Shown: positions 20,155 to 30,664 of the stretch, piece after piece | How the letters are laid out: each line of letters begins with the position of its first letter | Numbering within the stretch: the first letter of the stretch is position 1 | Origin: an uncultured Nitrososphaeraceae archaeon | Lineage (GTDB): Archaea; Thermoproteota; Nitrososphaeria; Nitrososphaerales; Nitrososphaeraceae | Length of the DNA stretch: 64,000 nucleotides | Direction of reading: 5' to 3' | Assembly (NCBI GenBank): GCA_963779615.1 | Contig: CAVZZA010000001.1 | Span: 192,001 to 256,000, forward strand | The notes under the pieces: model-generated | What the model was told of the DNA's origin: nothing | The model's input: the letters and a program-made list of their open reading frames with translations, nothing else | The model's database searches: none | Position numbers and translations under genes: made by a program

Positions 20155-20155
20155 A

Positions 20156-20560
20156 CTATAAAAATAATATAGATGACTCTTTTATGAAGCTTTCATGTGA
20201 ATCAGATGCATGGACAATATTATCCGTGATACCTAAACCATAGTCACCTCTAATAGTACCAGGTGAAGCATCAAATGATTTTGTTGTCCCTATCATAATT
20301 CTAACGGTGTTTATAGCATTATTTCCTTCCAGAACACATGCAACAATAGTTCCAGAACAAATAGATGAAACCAGTTCACTGAAAAAAGGTTTGTCTTTAT
20401 GGTCAGAATAAAATTCCTGAGCTTTATCCATTTCAAAATCGAATGTTTTTAATTGTTTTATATCAAAGCCTTTATCTTCAAATCGTTGTAGGATTTTACC
20501 TACTAATTTCCGTTTGAATGCATCCGGTTTTACCAGTATTAAAGTTTTTTCAGCAATCAT
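20156..20560 (-). CDS. ndk: nucleoside diphosphate kinase
   Basis: VKPDA, PGTIRGDY and NIVHASDS. Confidence 0.96.
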   Translation of the reverse strand: MIAEKTLILVKPDAFKRKLVGKILQRFEDKGFDIKQLKTFDFEMDKAQEFYSDHKDKPFFSELVSSICSGTIVACVLEGNNAINTVRIMIGTTKSFDASPGTIRGDYGLGITDNIVHASDSHESFIKESSILFL

Positions 20561-20773
20561 TTATTTTCGCTTTTTGATTCCACCTTTAATATATTTATCA
20601 GTCCATTTGAAAACCCTTGGGTCTCTTTTTAATTCACGAAGATTTTTCTTGCATTTTGCTGAACAGGTCCAATGAATTGACCCATCATTTTTAACCAGCA
20701 TGATTCCTTTGCCAGTATCAACATGTCTTCCACAAAAAAAACATTTCCTCAGCGATGCAACATTTTTACTCAT
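20561..20773 (-). CDS. rpl24e: 50S ribosomal protein L24e
   Basis: CFFCG...GKGIMLVKNDG...CSAKC...KWT. Confidence 0.95.
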   Translation of the reverse strand: MSKNVASLRKCFFCGRHVDTGKGIMLVKNDGSIHWTCSAKCKKNLRELKRDPRVFKWTDKYIKGGIKKRK

Positions 20774-20809
20774 AACAAAACACCATTATCATTGACAGGT
20801 TATTTTGGA

Positions 20810-21022
20810 TCATTTTATCTTTCTTGCCTCTCGCTCTGTTTCTCTAAGCATCAATACATCGTTCATTTTTACAGGACCTTTTACATTCCTCGTAAGTATT
20901 CGTCCCTTATCTTTCCCTTCAGAAATTCTGACACGTACTTGAATTACTTCTCCAGCTATACCAGTTCTACCCACAATCTGAATTACTTCTGCGGGTATTA
21001 CTTTTTCCTCTGTTTTGCTCAC
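20810..21022 (-). CDS. rps28e: 30S ribosomal protein S28e
   Basis: [16 protein letters not shown] and ETEREAR. Confidence 0.96.
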   Translation of the reverse strand: MSKTEEKVIPAEVIQIVGRTGIAGEVIQVRVRISEGKDKGRILTRNVKGPVKMNDVLMLRETEREARKIK

Positions 21023-21044
21023 CTAATAAAACACACCCATACAA

Positions 21045-21426
21045 TTATTCAGTTTTATTTTTTATGTTATCAACAGTGCTTGTTATTTGATCGAGTATTT
21101 GTTGTGATTCACCAGCATCGATAATTGTGGCTGCTGCTGATCCCACTTCTATTCCTAGCGCATTTCCCAAGTCTTTTTTACTGGGTACAAAAACATATTT
21201 GGATGTACGTTCATCGCATAAAATAGGTAAATGTGCAACGACTTCTGGCGGTTCGACGTCTTCAGCAATAACAACTAATTTACTTATGCCTCGCTCTATT
21301 GCTTTAGTAGTTTCATTTGTACCTTTTCTCACCGTACCACTCTGTTTGGCCAATCGGTACTGCTTCATAAATAGCATTAACCAAGTCTCTGGGTGTCTCA
21401 TATTTTACATAATATGGTTTACTCAT
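21045..21426 (-). CDS. rpl7ae: 50S ribosomal protein L7Ae (apparent one-base insertion at ~21356)
   Basis: RKGTNETTKAIERG and IAEDVEPPEVVAHLP. The proper N-terminus MSKPYYVKYETPRDLVNAIYEAV starts at 21426 in another frame. Confidence 0.93.
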
Positions 21427-21508
21427 AGCTTACAATCACCCATTGGGATCATTTCCATCTTTAAAATAAGATAAAAAAGAGTATTAAAAACGTTGTCCCA
21501 TACCGAAC

Positions 21509-22954
21509 TTATGCGACAGGAAAGGATCTTTTAATAAGATCACCATATTCCCTTGTTTTGGAATCAAGTAATGACTTGTCATCAGATTCTCCGTATATCC
21601 TCAATAACGGCTCAGTACCGCTAGGTCTATACATTATCCATGAATCATCATCAAACCAAATTTTAATGCCATCTATATTTTCGATTTTTTTTACAGATCC
21701 ATGATTCTTGCACAAATCAAGAACTTTTGGCATGTCATCCATGTTGACTAATTTTAGACTTGACTTATATTGAAAAGTGTTATTGAATTTTTTATAGATG
21801 CAAGACAAAGAAACACCCGATGAATCACCCACGCTGGCATATTGATTGGTGGACAGAGTTATTTCAGACGGATTTTGTTTATAATAACTTAACATATCTA
21901 AAATCAAGGCAGTTGTAATTGCCCCATCACGTACTTGATTTAAAAGGCCATAAAAAAAACCACCGTTTTCTTCAAATCCTATTATCGAGTTAGCATTTTT
22001 CATACAATGAGAAACCTCAACACTTCCCACCTTTGTGAAAATTAATTCCTTATCAAGGTTTTTACAAATCCTGGATATAATTAAAGAAGAATTTACAGGA
22101 CACACTACGGATGTTTCATGTTTTTTATTTTTGATCAAATAATAGCTCAATATCGAGCCAGTTTTGTCACCCCAGTGTATAGTCCCCTTTTCATCGCAGA
22201 ATATACTTCTATCCCCATCACCATCATAAGCAACACCTAAATCAGCATTAGTTTTTTTTACCAGCTCAGTAAGATTATTCAAGTTATCCATTTTTGGTTC
22301 AGAACCACGTGCAGAAAAGTCTCCATCAATGTTTCCATTTATAACCAATATCTCACATCCTAATTTTCTGGCAATTAAAGGAGCCACCAAAGATTGCACA
22401 CCATTACCAAAATCCATTACGATTTTAAATCTAAATTGTCTAATAGAATCAACATCTACCAACGATAACACCCTATCGATGTAATTGTCTAACGCATCAT
22501 CCAAAACAAACAAATTTCCAAATTTTAAATTTGCTTCTGTTTTTAAGAATTTTTTTTTAAAATAAATGTCTTCTATAGATAGTTCTTCTTCTCTGGATAA
22601 CTCCATTCCATTATTAGATACTGGTTTTAACCCATTGTATTCAGGAGGATTATGTGAAGCGGTTATCATCATCCCGCCTACAAACTTTGAGTTTTTTACG
22701 GTAAACTGCAGACAAGGTGTGGGAGTTAATCCCATGATATAGACATCAATACCCATAGACATTAAAACAGATGAAACAACTTTTGAAATAGCAAAACTTG
22801 AGGAACGCCCATCGTAACCTAAAACTATAGGGCCTTTGTTAAAGAAAGAACCAATAGAGTAAGAAACATCGATTATAAACTCTATGGAAAGATCATCACC
22901 AAAAATTCCTCTAATTCCATTAGTTCCAAATAATTTTTTTTTTAACAAACTCAT
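21509..22954 (-). CDS. phosphohexomutase (phosphoglucosamine mutase / phosphomannomutase family)
   Basis: LFGTNGIRG, TASHNP, DGDGDR and RPSGTEP. Confidence 0.93.
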   Translation of the reverse strand: MSLLKKKLFGTNGIRGIFGDDLSIEFIIDVSYSIGSFFNKGPIVLGYDGRSSSFAISKVVSSVLMSMGIDVYIMGLTPTPCLQFTVKNSKFVGGMMITASHNPPEYNGLKPVSNNGMELSREEELSIEDIYFKKKFLKTEANLKFGNLFVLDDALDNYIDRVLSLVDVDSIRQFRFKIVMDFGNGVQSLVAPLIARKLGCEILVINGNIDGDFSARGSEPKMDNLNNLTELVKKTNADLGVAYDGDGDRSIFCDEKGTIHWGDKTGSILSYYLIKNKKHETSVVCPVNSSLIISRICKNLDKELIFTKVGSVEVSHCMKNANSIIGFEENGGFFYGLLNQVRDGAITTALILDMLSYYKQNPSEITLSTNQYASVGDSSGVSLSCIYKKFNNTFQYKSSLKLVNMDDMPKVLDLCKNHGSVKKIENIDGIKIWFDDDSWIMYRPSGTEPLLRIYGESDDKSLLDSKTREYGDLIKRSFPVA

Positions 22955-23136
22955 TTATTGACGAACATTATCTATTATCTAAAGGTATTTTTAGTTATTC
23001 ACGTTGATCACCAAGGTGTTGTATCATATCTTTAGTCACATTTCAAAAAATTCAACACCTATGAACAAAATAAATATGCTAGGCTATTACCAAATTAACA
23101 ATAGATAAATTTGGCTTTAATAACATGTAGAATAAT

Positions 23137-23258
23137 GCGGGGGTTGCCAAGCCCGGTCAACGGCGCAGGTCTCTAAAGTGCGAAGCTTAGAATGAGCTTG
23201 GAGGTTTCCTACAACCCTGTTCCTTAGGGATTCGTGGGTTCGAATCCCACCTCCCGCA
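23137..23258 (+). tRNA. tRNA-Leu(UAG) with two introns (30/31: 23170-23184; anticodon loop: ~23192-23213)
   Basis: GCGGGGG/CTCCCGC acceptor stem, long variable arm and GGTTCGAATCC. Removing 15 nt and 22 nt restores CAGGG-CT-TAG-AA-CCCTG. The first intron has a CGCA/TGCG BHB helix. Confidence 0.88.
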
Positions 23259-23442
23259 TTATAATCATTTTTGGTAATCTATAGGCATACACAAAAAAAC
23301 ATCTTTTAATAGATTAATTACAAATATGAAAAAGCTTAAATAACATTTTGATTTTATGAAAATGGTTGAAAGATCCATATAATTGGAATGTAATTCTCAA
23401 ACATCACTATGATGTGATACACTTTAACAGAGGATAGATTGA

Positions 23443-23652
23443 ATGAGACAACAACCACAAAAAAGAATGCAAAAACCAAGATTAGTCAAACAATCCAAAG
23501 AATTTGATTATAATAAACCTATTTCAAAATGTAATGTGTGTTATACTTTATGTGGATGGCATTGTTATGAATGTAACATAGACTTTTGTCAAGACCATTT
23601 TATTCAACATAAAGAAAAGGGATCTTGTAAAAAAATTGTACCTCAAGGTTAA
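23443..23652 (+). CDS. small zinc-finger protein (B-box/AN1-like ligand spacing)
   Basis: CNVC...WHCYEC...FCQDHFIQH. Confidence 0.7.
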   Translation: MRQQPQKRMQKPRLVKQSKEFDYNKPISKCNVCYTLCGWHCYECNIDFCQDHFIQHKEKGSCKKIVPQG

Positions 23653-23685
23653 TGTGCTTTATAAATATTAATATATAATTCTAGC

Positions 23686-24303
23686 CTATCTTGAATATCT
23701 ACCTCTTTGTTCGATTTCTTTGACAGTATTAAATATTTTTAGAGACTTTTTGCCATAAATATTACCATAACCCAGAAAAAAGTTTTCAAACGATGGTTCA
23801 AAGTATTCTACATGAACACTATTCAATATCTCCTTAAATAGGCGTATATCAGCTGCTTTGTCTTCTAATCGCTCTGAAAAAAAGGACAAGCCAAAATCAA
23901 AAATAATTAAATGCTTTTGAGGGGTTAATATAAAATTAGAGGTTGTTATATCACCATGAATTATATTGTTAAAATGAAGTGTCGCCACTATTTTTCCAAC
24001 TTCATAACAAAGATCTGAAGAAAAAACATCTTTCAACACACTTCCCACAATATACTCCATTATTATCTCAAAATTGTCTGAATTAAGGAAATAGATAAAA
24101 GGAGTTTCAACACCAAACATTTTTACAGAAGACATAATGTTAGCTTCATGCAAAGTTCTCTGTTTTCTTAAGGCTAAATCAATATCATAATGACGGTATT
24201 TTTTAGGTAACCTAATTTTAGAAACAGCCTCATATCCATACCAATCTACCAGATATAATTCAGACTCTGCACCCCTTTTCAATAATCTTTTATTTTCCGT
24301 CAA
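23686..24303 (-). CDS. bud32: KEOPS kinase Bud32
   Basis: KRGAESELY, HGDITTSN, FDFGL and EQRGRY. Start placed at TTG 24303 because the longer ORF overlaps a + strand gene. Confidence 0.92.
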   Translation of the reverse strand: MTENKRLLKRGAESELYLVDWYGYEAVSKIRLPKKYRHYDIDLALRKQRTLHEANIMSSVKMFGVETPFIYFLNSDNFEIIMEYIVGSVLKDVFSSDLCYEVGKIVATLHFNNIIHGDITTSNFILTPQKHLIIFDFGLSFFSERLEDKAADIRLFKEILNSVHVEYFEPSFENFFLGYGNIYGKKSLKIFNTVKEIEQRGRYSR

Positions 24304-24340
24304 TAGATAATTATAGTAATACGACACAGATTTAAAAATC

Positions 24341-24682
24341 ATGGATAAAAAATCACAATCACCAAGTAATGAAAAAAAAATAATTTTACAAGAGGATTGT
24401 TCTGAAGACAAATTAAAAAACGGTATTCTCACCCTTACATGTAAAAAAATAATTTTTGAGAAAACCAAGGGTCGAATAGTAACCTTATCAAAGAAATTGC
24501 TTGACGAAAAGTTAGAAATTGAGTTTAATGAGATATCCAGCATTAAATCTGAAGGAATAATCATAAAAAAACTAGTCCTGACTTTGAAAAGTAATAACAC
24601 TTACAAATTTGGAGTTCTAAATCCAGGAAAATGGGTAAAAGAAATTCAATTGCAGATAGGAAAATATACTAAAGAATCCTGA
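24341..24682 (+). CDS. PH-like/GRAM-like small protein
   Basis: GILTLTCKKIIFE...EIEFNEISSIK...YKF...KWVKEI pattern. Confidence 0.6.
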   Translation: MDKKSQSPSNEKKIILQEDCSEDKLKNGILTLTCKKIIFEKTKGRIVTLSKKLLDEKLEIEFNEISSIKSEGIIIKKLVLTLKSNNTYKFGVLNPGKWVKEIQLQIGKYTKES

Positions 24683-24685
24683 CAA

Positions 24686-25708
24686 TTATCGCCACAAAAT
24701 ATCAACTGTATCCAATCTCCAAGATTGAGATATAGATGCTTTTTCAGGATCGACCCGAGAAAATAAAGAATGAAGATATGATTCAAGTCCTGTCCATGCT
24801 ATTTGTGCACCATTATCGCCGCAAAACCGTAAAGGACATGATTTAAAAATAGAACCGTGATATTCGCAAGCCAAATGCAACATTTGAGACAAACGATTGT
24901 TAGCTGAAACCCCACCAACAATTAGAAATTCTTTTTTTTCAGTAAATGATAATGCACGTTCAACGGCCTCCACAATTATAGAAAACGCAGTTTCCTGTAA
25001 TGAAAAACATATATCAGATAAAGCATGCTTTTTATCATGTATCAGCCTTTTAGCTGCAGTCAACAACCCTGAAAATGAGACATCATTTCCCTTTATCACA
25101 TATGGTAATGGATATACTAATTTTTTATCAGCCATATTAGACAATTCTTCAATTTTATTACCACATGGGGAGGCAAAGCCCATACTTCTTCCCATCTGAT
25201 CAAAAAGCTGTCCTACAGTAATGTCCAAAGTTTCACCAAAAACTCTCCATTTATTTTTGTGAAATACAAGAATCATAGTATGTCCACCTGAAACTAAAAG
25301 CGTAAGAGGATTAATCAGCCCGGTAAGCTTTATTCCTAGTTCAATATGACCAATGGCATGATTAACAGGGATTAAAGGGACATTATAAAAAGATGATAAA
25401 GAACGAGCTATTACAGCCCCAATCCGCAAACACGGACCTAAACCAGGTCCGGCAGAATAAGATACTAAATCAATATCATTCATGCTGATATTTGCAGTAG
25501 CAAGGCACTCTTTTAGTATCTGTGGCGCCACTAGTGCATGGTGTTTTGATGCATCCCTTGGATGTATCCCCCAGCCAGCAGGTGCTTTGTAAATATCTCG
25601 AACTTCGGATAACACAATATCATCACTTTTAGTTCCAATACGATTTTCACTGTTTACCACAGAACAGCTGAAAGTATGAGCGGTGCTTTCTATTCCAAGA
25701 CAAAGCAT
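24686..25708 (-). CDS. kae1: tRNA t6A threonylcarbamoyltransferase Kae1
   Basis: LGIESTAHT, GPGLGPCL, VNHAIGHIE, VSGGHT and DNGAQIA. Confidence 0.96.
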   Translation of the reverse strand: MLCLGIESTAHTFSCSVVNSENRIGTKSDDIVLSEVRDIYKAPAGWGIHPRDASKHHALVAPQILKECLATANISMNDIDLVSYSAGPGLGPCLRIGAVIARSLSSFYNVPLIPVNHAIGHIELGIKLTGLINPLTLLVSGGHTMILVFHKNKWRVFGETLDITVGQLFDQMGRSMGFASPCGNKIEELSNMADKKLVYPLPYVIKGNDVSFSGLLTAAKRLIHDKKHALSDICFSLQETAFSIIVEAVERALSFTEKKEFLIVGGVSANNRLSQMLHLACEYHGSIFKSCPLRFCGDNGAQIAWTGLESYLHSLFSRVDPEKASISQSWRLDTVDILWR

Positions 25709-25710
25709 AA

Positions 25711-26910
25711 TTAATTTCTACTAGTAGTAGAAACTATTTTAATTATGTCATTATTTTTTAATATGTGTTCAGCACCTATTCTTTGCTTTGACCTTGCGTC
25801 AATAGCATAAAGAAAACCTTTTCCCAATTCCTTATGAATAAGGTTTGCTAGTTCCTTTGCCGTTATGTTTTTTGAAACTATCCTTGCCTCTGGTAAAACA
25901 TTTCCTTTTTTATCAGTGAATTTAAATTCATCTTCCACAGGATATACTACAATATTGTTCAGAACATCAAAACAAGCATAATTCAAAATATTTTGAACTC
26001 CAGTTGAACCAAAGCTCTCCAAAATTTTAGACACCCTATTCAAGGCATCCAATTGTTTGCTAGAAACAATATCAGGGTTTTTGATCTCAAAATTAGAATC
26101 TCCAGGCAGATAAAAAATAATGTTCTTCTGTAAGGCTTTTTTTAATAGTAACTCAGCTTCAGAAACACATGTGAAAAATGGTCTATTCACAGTTTTTAAT
26201 TTGGAAATATTTTGATCAGAAGACGGCAAATCTGCTTTATTAGCAGCTATAACAATAGGCTTGGACGATAATCTGATTTGTTTGCACAATTCAAGCAGAT
26301 CGTTCTTATCCCAATCAGAAGGCTTTTTAACCAATCTAACAGTATTCATAGCATTTCTAATAACTTGTTCACTAATAGACAAGCCAGAAAGTCGTTTTGA
26401 TATAGTGTGTTCAATCCTTTGCTTTAAATTTTCACTTTCTCTTACAACTTTGTCCCAATCTTTCATAATCAAAGAATGTATCCATAAATCAAACTCATTT
26501 TCTACAAATTCTATATCAGATAATGGGTTACCACTTCCTAAACTGACAGGTTTTCCCTCTTCATCTGTTGATCCGGATATATCCACGACATGGATAATCA
26601 CACTGGCCTGCCTAGCATCATCTAAAAATTTATTTCCCAACCCTTTCCCAGAATGAGCACCCGGAACTAGTCCCGCTACGTCTATCAATTTTATTGGAAT
26701 AAATCTAACGCCATTGATACATCTTGAATTAATTGGGGCATCAAGTACACCCATTTCCTTACAAACGCAGCTAACCCTCACAAAGGCAATGCCGATGTTA
26801 GGGTCAATAGTAGTAAATGGAAAATTAGCTATCTGAACAGACAAGTCTGTGGCAGAATTAAAAAATGTTGATTTGCCAACATTAGCTTTTCCCAACAAAC
26901 CAATTATCAA
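25711..26910 (-). CDS. ychF: Obg-family ATPase YchF (archaeal type, TGS domain)
   Basis: GKANVGKST, NFPFTT, DVAGLVPGA and ANKAD. Confidence 0.92.
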   Translation of the reverse strand: MIIGLLGKANVGKSTFFNSATDLSVQIANFPFTTIDPNIGIAFVRVSCVCKEMGVLDAPINSRCINGVRFIPIKLIDVAGLVPGAHSGKGLGNKFLDDARQASVIIHVVDISGSTDEEGKPVSLGSGNPLSDIEFVENEFDLWIHSLIMKDWDKVVRESENLKQRIEHTISKRLSGLSISEQVIRNAMNTVRLVKKPSDWDKNDLLELCKQIRLSSKPIVIAANKADLPSSDQNISKLKTVNRPFFTCVSEAELLLKKALQKNIIFYLPGDSNFEIKNPDIVSSKQLDALNRVSKILESFGSTGVQNILNYACFDVLNNIVVYPVEDEFKFTDKKGNVLPEARIVSKNITAKELANLIHKELGKGFLYAIDARSKQRIGAEHILKNNDIIKIVSTTSRN

Positions 26911-27050
26911 TTATAAAAGGTAATTTGAGGATTCATATATTTACTTTCAAATAGACAACACCATCATCATATATACTATAGCGGTTGAATGGCTAAATAC
27001 AAACATCACAATTTTTATCAACCTAAAAACAAAAGTAATTAGGTTTCAAA

Positions 27051-28430
27051 GTGGCTGGGATAATTGCAATATGTAATTATAATGAAAACTATGATAAAGA
27101 AAAATTAATTTATCAGATATTTAGAGGTATGCAATTACTCCAACACCGTGGTAAAGCATTCTGGAAAATAAACTCGGGTCAATGCGATATAGAGGGTTAT
27201 GGTGCTTTACCATCGTTTAATCCAATAAGCGAAAAAATAAAAAAACAAGAGAAAAATATATCAAATGCAGCCACAGGATATCTTTCTAAAAAAAAACCTC
27301 AACATAAAATGCGCGATAAAATCAATTTTGCATTAGATGGTTTTTTTATAGATATTGATAAACTATCAATGCATCCTTTAATAAAAAATAAAAACAATGT
27401 TGAACCAATATGTCAAATTAATTCTATTTTTAAGGAGCTCCTGATTGAAAGGAATGATTCGTATAAAGCTGCAGAATTTTTAGACCGGCATTTAAGAGGA
27501 AATCTGGTAATAAGCCTAAACAACACACTATATGTTTTCAGAAACAGCACAGGGTTTAAGCCCTTATATATAGGAGAAGATAAAAAAGAACAATTCTTTA
27601 TATCAGTATCTGAAAATTATCTTGAGAATTTTTTTAATAATTTAAAGTTAAGAGAGACAAATCCGGGTCAATTAATGAGTATCGATTTAAAAAATGGTAT
27701 CAAAATTCTTACTCAACTAGATAGAAACAGAATTCTAATGGACCCTTTCGAATTTATGCGAGAATCACACGTATCAAGTATTTTTAATAATAAAAGTATA
27801 TACAGCATAAGGAAAAACATTGGAAAATTACAGGCAGAATTTCTTGGGGGAAAAAATATCGATGCAGAATTGATCTATGCAGAACCTGATTACACAAGAC
27901 CTATGGCATTGGGATTCAACATAGAGTACAAAAATAAAAATAATGTTGAAATGTTTGAGGGGATAATAAAAGACCGGTATGATGATTCTGATCACATGAT
28001 AGACTATTCCGAACAAGTTAGTAAGAACAAACTACTGTCAAATGGAAAAACTTTAAAATTCGTCATAGAACCACTTACAAATGGCAAAAATGTAACATCT
28101 ATTCAAGGCACAATTCAAACTGGAGGCACAATTATTGAAACAATTTTTTATTTAAGAAAAGCTTGTGCAAAAAAAATTAACATAATAGTGAGCTATGTTC
28201 CTACTATTGACGGTCGACAGGTTGGTCTTTATACACAACAAAGAGATTTAATTGCCAGAAAATACATCGGTAAAATTACATATATTGATGATTTAAATGA
28301 TAAAATTGCTACAGATTTAGGGGCAGATAAAGTATTTTACAATTCACCCGAAATTTTATCCAGAGGAATCGGAGTTCCTGAAAGTCAACTATGGTTTCCA
28401 GAATGGATACGTTTTTTAGACTACAAATAA
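27051..28430 (+). CDS. amidophosphoribosyltransferase (PurF)-like protein with degenerate catalytic motifs
   Basis: MAGIIAI, LQHRG and GFKPLYIG give an Ntn plus PRTase layout; the N-terminal Cys and the VDDSIVRGTT motif are replaced. Confidence 0.75.
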   Translation: MAGIIAICNYNENYDKEKLIYQIFRGMQLLQHRGKAFWKINSGQCDIEGYGALPSFNPISEKIKKQEKNISNAATGYLSKKKPQHKMRDKINFALDGFFIDIDKLSMHPLIKNKNNVEPICQINSIFKELLIERNDSYKAAEFLDRHLRGNLVISLNNTLYVFRNSTGFKPLYIGEDKKEQFFISVSENYLENFFNNLKLRETNPGQLMSIDLKNGIKILTQLDRNRILMDPFEFMRESHVSSIFNNKSIYSIRKNIGKLQAEFLGGKNIDAELIYAEPDYTRPMALGFNIEYKNKNNVEMFEGIIKDRYDDSDHMIDYSEQVSKNKLLSNGKTLKFVIEPLTNGKNVTSIQGTIQTGGTIIETIFYLRKACAKKINIIVSYVPTIDGRQVGLYTQQRDLIARKYIGKITYIDDLNDKIATDLGADKVFYNSPEILSRGIGVPESQLWFPEWIRFLDYK

Positions 28431-28488
28431 ACAGACAGGCATTCAACAATTAATTTTATATTGTAATGTCAAACATTCATCACCACCC

Positions 28489-28782
28489 TTGGAACTAATA
28501 AGAAAAAAAATAATATCGGATAATATCTTTAACCTTGAAGGCATAATTATAGGTAAAGTAGAATTAAGAGAATATGGGACAAATACTAACGATGGTGAAG
28601 AATCTTATGCCATAATGCTATACATCAATACAGATCACGGGGAAAAAGAAGTAGATTATTTAGGGAAATTAACCAGAAATAAACAAGATTTTGATGATAG
28701 TTTTAATTTCTTATGTAACTATAATGGTATGTTATCAACCCTAAATCGAATAATTATAGAGATTGAAAATAATTCAAGTTAA
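28489..28782 (+). CDS. hypothetical protein
   Basis: 97-aa ORF filling the intergenic space; TTG start. Confidence 0.6.
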   Translation: MELIRKKIISDNIFNLEGIIIGKVELREYGTNTNDGEESYAIMLYINTDHGEKEVDYLGKLTRNKQDFDDSFNFLCNYNGMLSTLNRIIIEIENNSS

Positions 28783-28787
28783 ATGGT

Positions 28788-29330
28788 TCAAATTAAATTA
28801 AAAAGTTCATTTAATTTATGTATACGAGGGTAATTTATTAAAGATTTATTCCAAGGTTGATCGAAAATGATTATTCTACGAGGCAACAATACTTCTACGG
28901 CATTGATAGGAGAATCATCAACCAAAAGAAAAAAAGGATAGCATGTTTTTGATGCATTATCAAAAATAAAAATGATATCATTAAAGTATACATTATATAG
29001 ATCAAGCCAAAGAGATACGAAACTCATTGTAGCGCGATCTCTTTTTGTTAAAATAGAAATTCTATAACCTGCTTTTTGTAATAAACTGGTAACGATTGAA
29101 ATATCCTCACAGGTTGGAGGTATATCTTTCCAGCGGCTTTTCCAAACATGGATAAAAAGATCTTGAACACATTTTTCAGAGAGAGGCAAAATATTGTGAA
29201 TGTGCCATTCAAATATATCTTGCTTTTTTATACTAGATTTAAAAATACTATTATATTCCTCTATCCAAATTTGCATAACATCAGCAAGGACAGAATCCAA
29301 ATCCAATGCAATAGTTTTTTGATTTGTCAT
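28788..29330 (-). CDS. HAD-superfamily 5'(3')-nucleotidase-like protein
   Basis: IALDLDSVLAD, ILTKR, LVDDSP and FDQPWN. Confidence 0.85.
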   Translation of the reverse strand: MTNQKTIALDLDSVLADVMQIWIEEYNSIFKSSIKKQDIFEWHIHNILPLSEKCVQDLFIHVWKSRWKDIPPTCEDISIVTSLLQKAGYRISILTKRDRATMSFVSLWLDLYNVYFNDIIFIFDNASKTCYPFFLLVDDSPINAVEVLLPRRIIIFDQPWNKSLINYPRIHKLNELFNLI

Positions 29331-29448
29331 TTTTTAGAATATTAACCATTAAGCAATTTATTATTTTATGGTCAGTTTAATAAAAATTAGATACTGTAGC
29401 CGCAACGATTAAAAAATAAAGGAAGGGAGACAGAAAAAAAGGAAAAAT

Positions 29449-30590
29449 TTAACTAATTGAGGCGGGGTCACAATTCATTTTAACAACAAATCTCACCATC
29501 ATGACTTGGAGTCTCATTAACAGCCTATCACATACTTGAGTGCCCGCGGATTGTCCTTTTGCACCTTGCAGTTGTGTAATAAGCAATCTCTGACAGAGCA
29601 ATACGGACAGCAGTATGACACCGCTTGCTTTCATACCCTCTCACAGGTGATGAGTCTATCCTAAAGGTGGATTTAATGTGCCCAATCAGCGGTTCTATTG
29701 GTGTACTTCCCTTTGAGTATACAACCTGTCCTAGAGCGGATTCACAGAAATCCGCTATTTCCATCCCTTCTGTTGGAGTACTTCAGTATCGACGGACTGG
29801 ACACCAAGATGGAACCCCAAACCCATGCTTAACTCATGGAGATCCTGATCATCGTATCCTGGAGGGCCTGCAGTCATAAAATGCGCTTTCATTATTGTTT
29901 CTAAAGGTATACTTGATGTTAATCCTTCATAGTCTTGATTGTCCTGTACATTTGCGGTTGTGGCACCGGCCAATAAAGGAATGGCAATGGAGCCAGTACT
30001 TGATTTCCTGCAACGTACCCAAATGTCCATCCCTTGGCATGGCTGAATCCCCATTAGCATCTGTGTCAATACCCGAGTGTGGAACTAGTCCTTTTTCCAT
30101 TGATGATTTGTGCCAGACATGACCTTTGTTGGCTTTGACAAGTATGCGGTCTGTCGCTATCATGTATGGTTTGACCATGCCCCTGGAACAAACAGGCATC
30201 ACCCCATAGTTGCTATCCTTTCTCTGATGTCGATTAGAGACAGTCTTCAGCCGCCTATCAAAGGTGCGTCTGCTTGGCAACTGCGGTTCAGACAATCCAC
30301 AGGCTTTCACCACCACCTTTCTGTTGCATGGCAAGTCGATGGGAAGATGTTGATGATGCAATGCCCTGTTTTAGTCAAGCCAAAACCATATACGCACTAT
30401 AAAGCATCCGAGGATTATGGATCGAATAAACATACTGTCTACTGCCTCTACTACGATAATTGCTTCCCGTATGGATACCACACGACCAACCTATCAATCC
30501 AACAAGATACAAAAAACTAATCAGAATGGATGATGTACCATAAACCGCCTAGTCTTCTGTTGGATAGTAGTGTCAAGTTCTGCACCAAAA
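29449..30590 (-). mobile_element. degraded DDE transposase (IS4/IS5-like), many frameshifts; ends uncertain
   Basis: Fragments in alternating frames: PSRRTFDRRLK, IATDRILVKA, GIDTDA, TTANVQDNQ, PGYDD, IEPLIGHIK; higher GC than the flanks. Confidence 0.75.
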
Positions 30591-30664
30591 TATGATACCT
30601 CAACAGACTAGATTTATTTGTCATGGTTTATGACCCATGCTCATTTATTTAAATTAAAGCAAGG

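Noticed and set aside
24304-24600. N-terminal extension of Bud32 in the ORF track
   Set aside because: It is the antisense shadow of the + strand gene 24341-24682; kinase similarity begins near 24303.
29365-30640. Terminal inverted repeats for the IS4/IS5-like remnant
   Set aside because: Only a weak ATGGTCA / TGACCCAT match; not enough to define ends or a target duplication.
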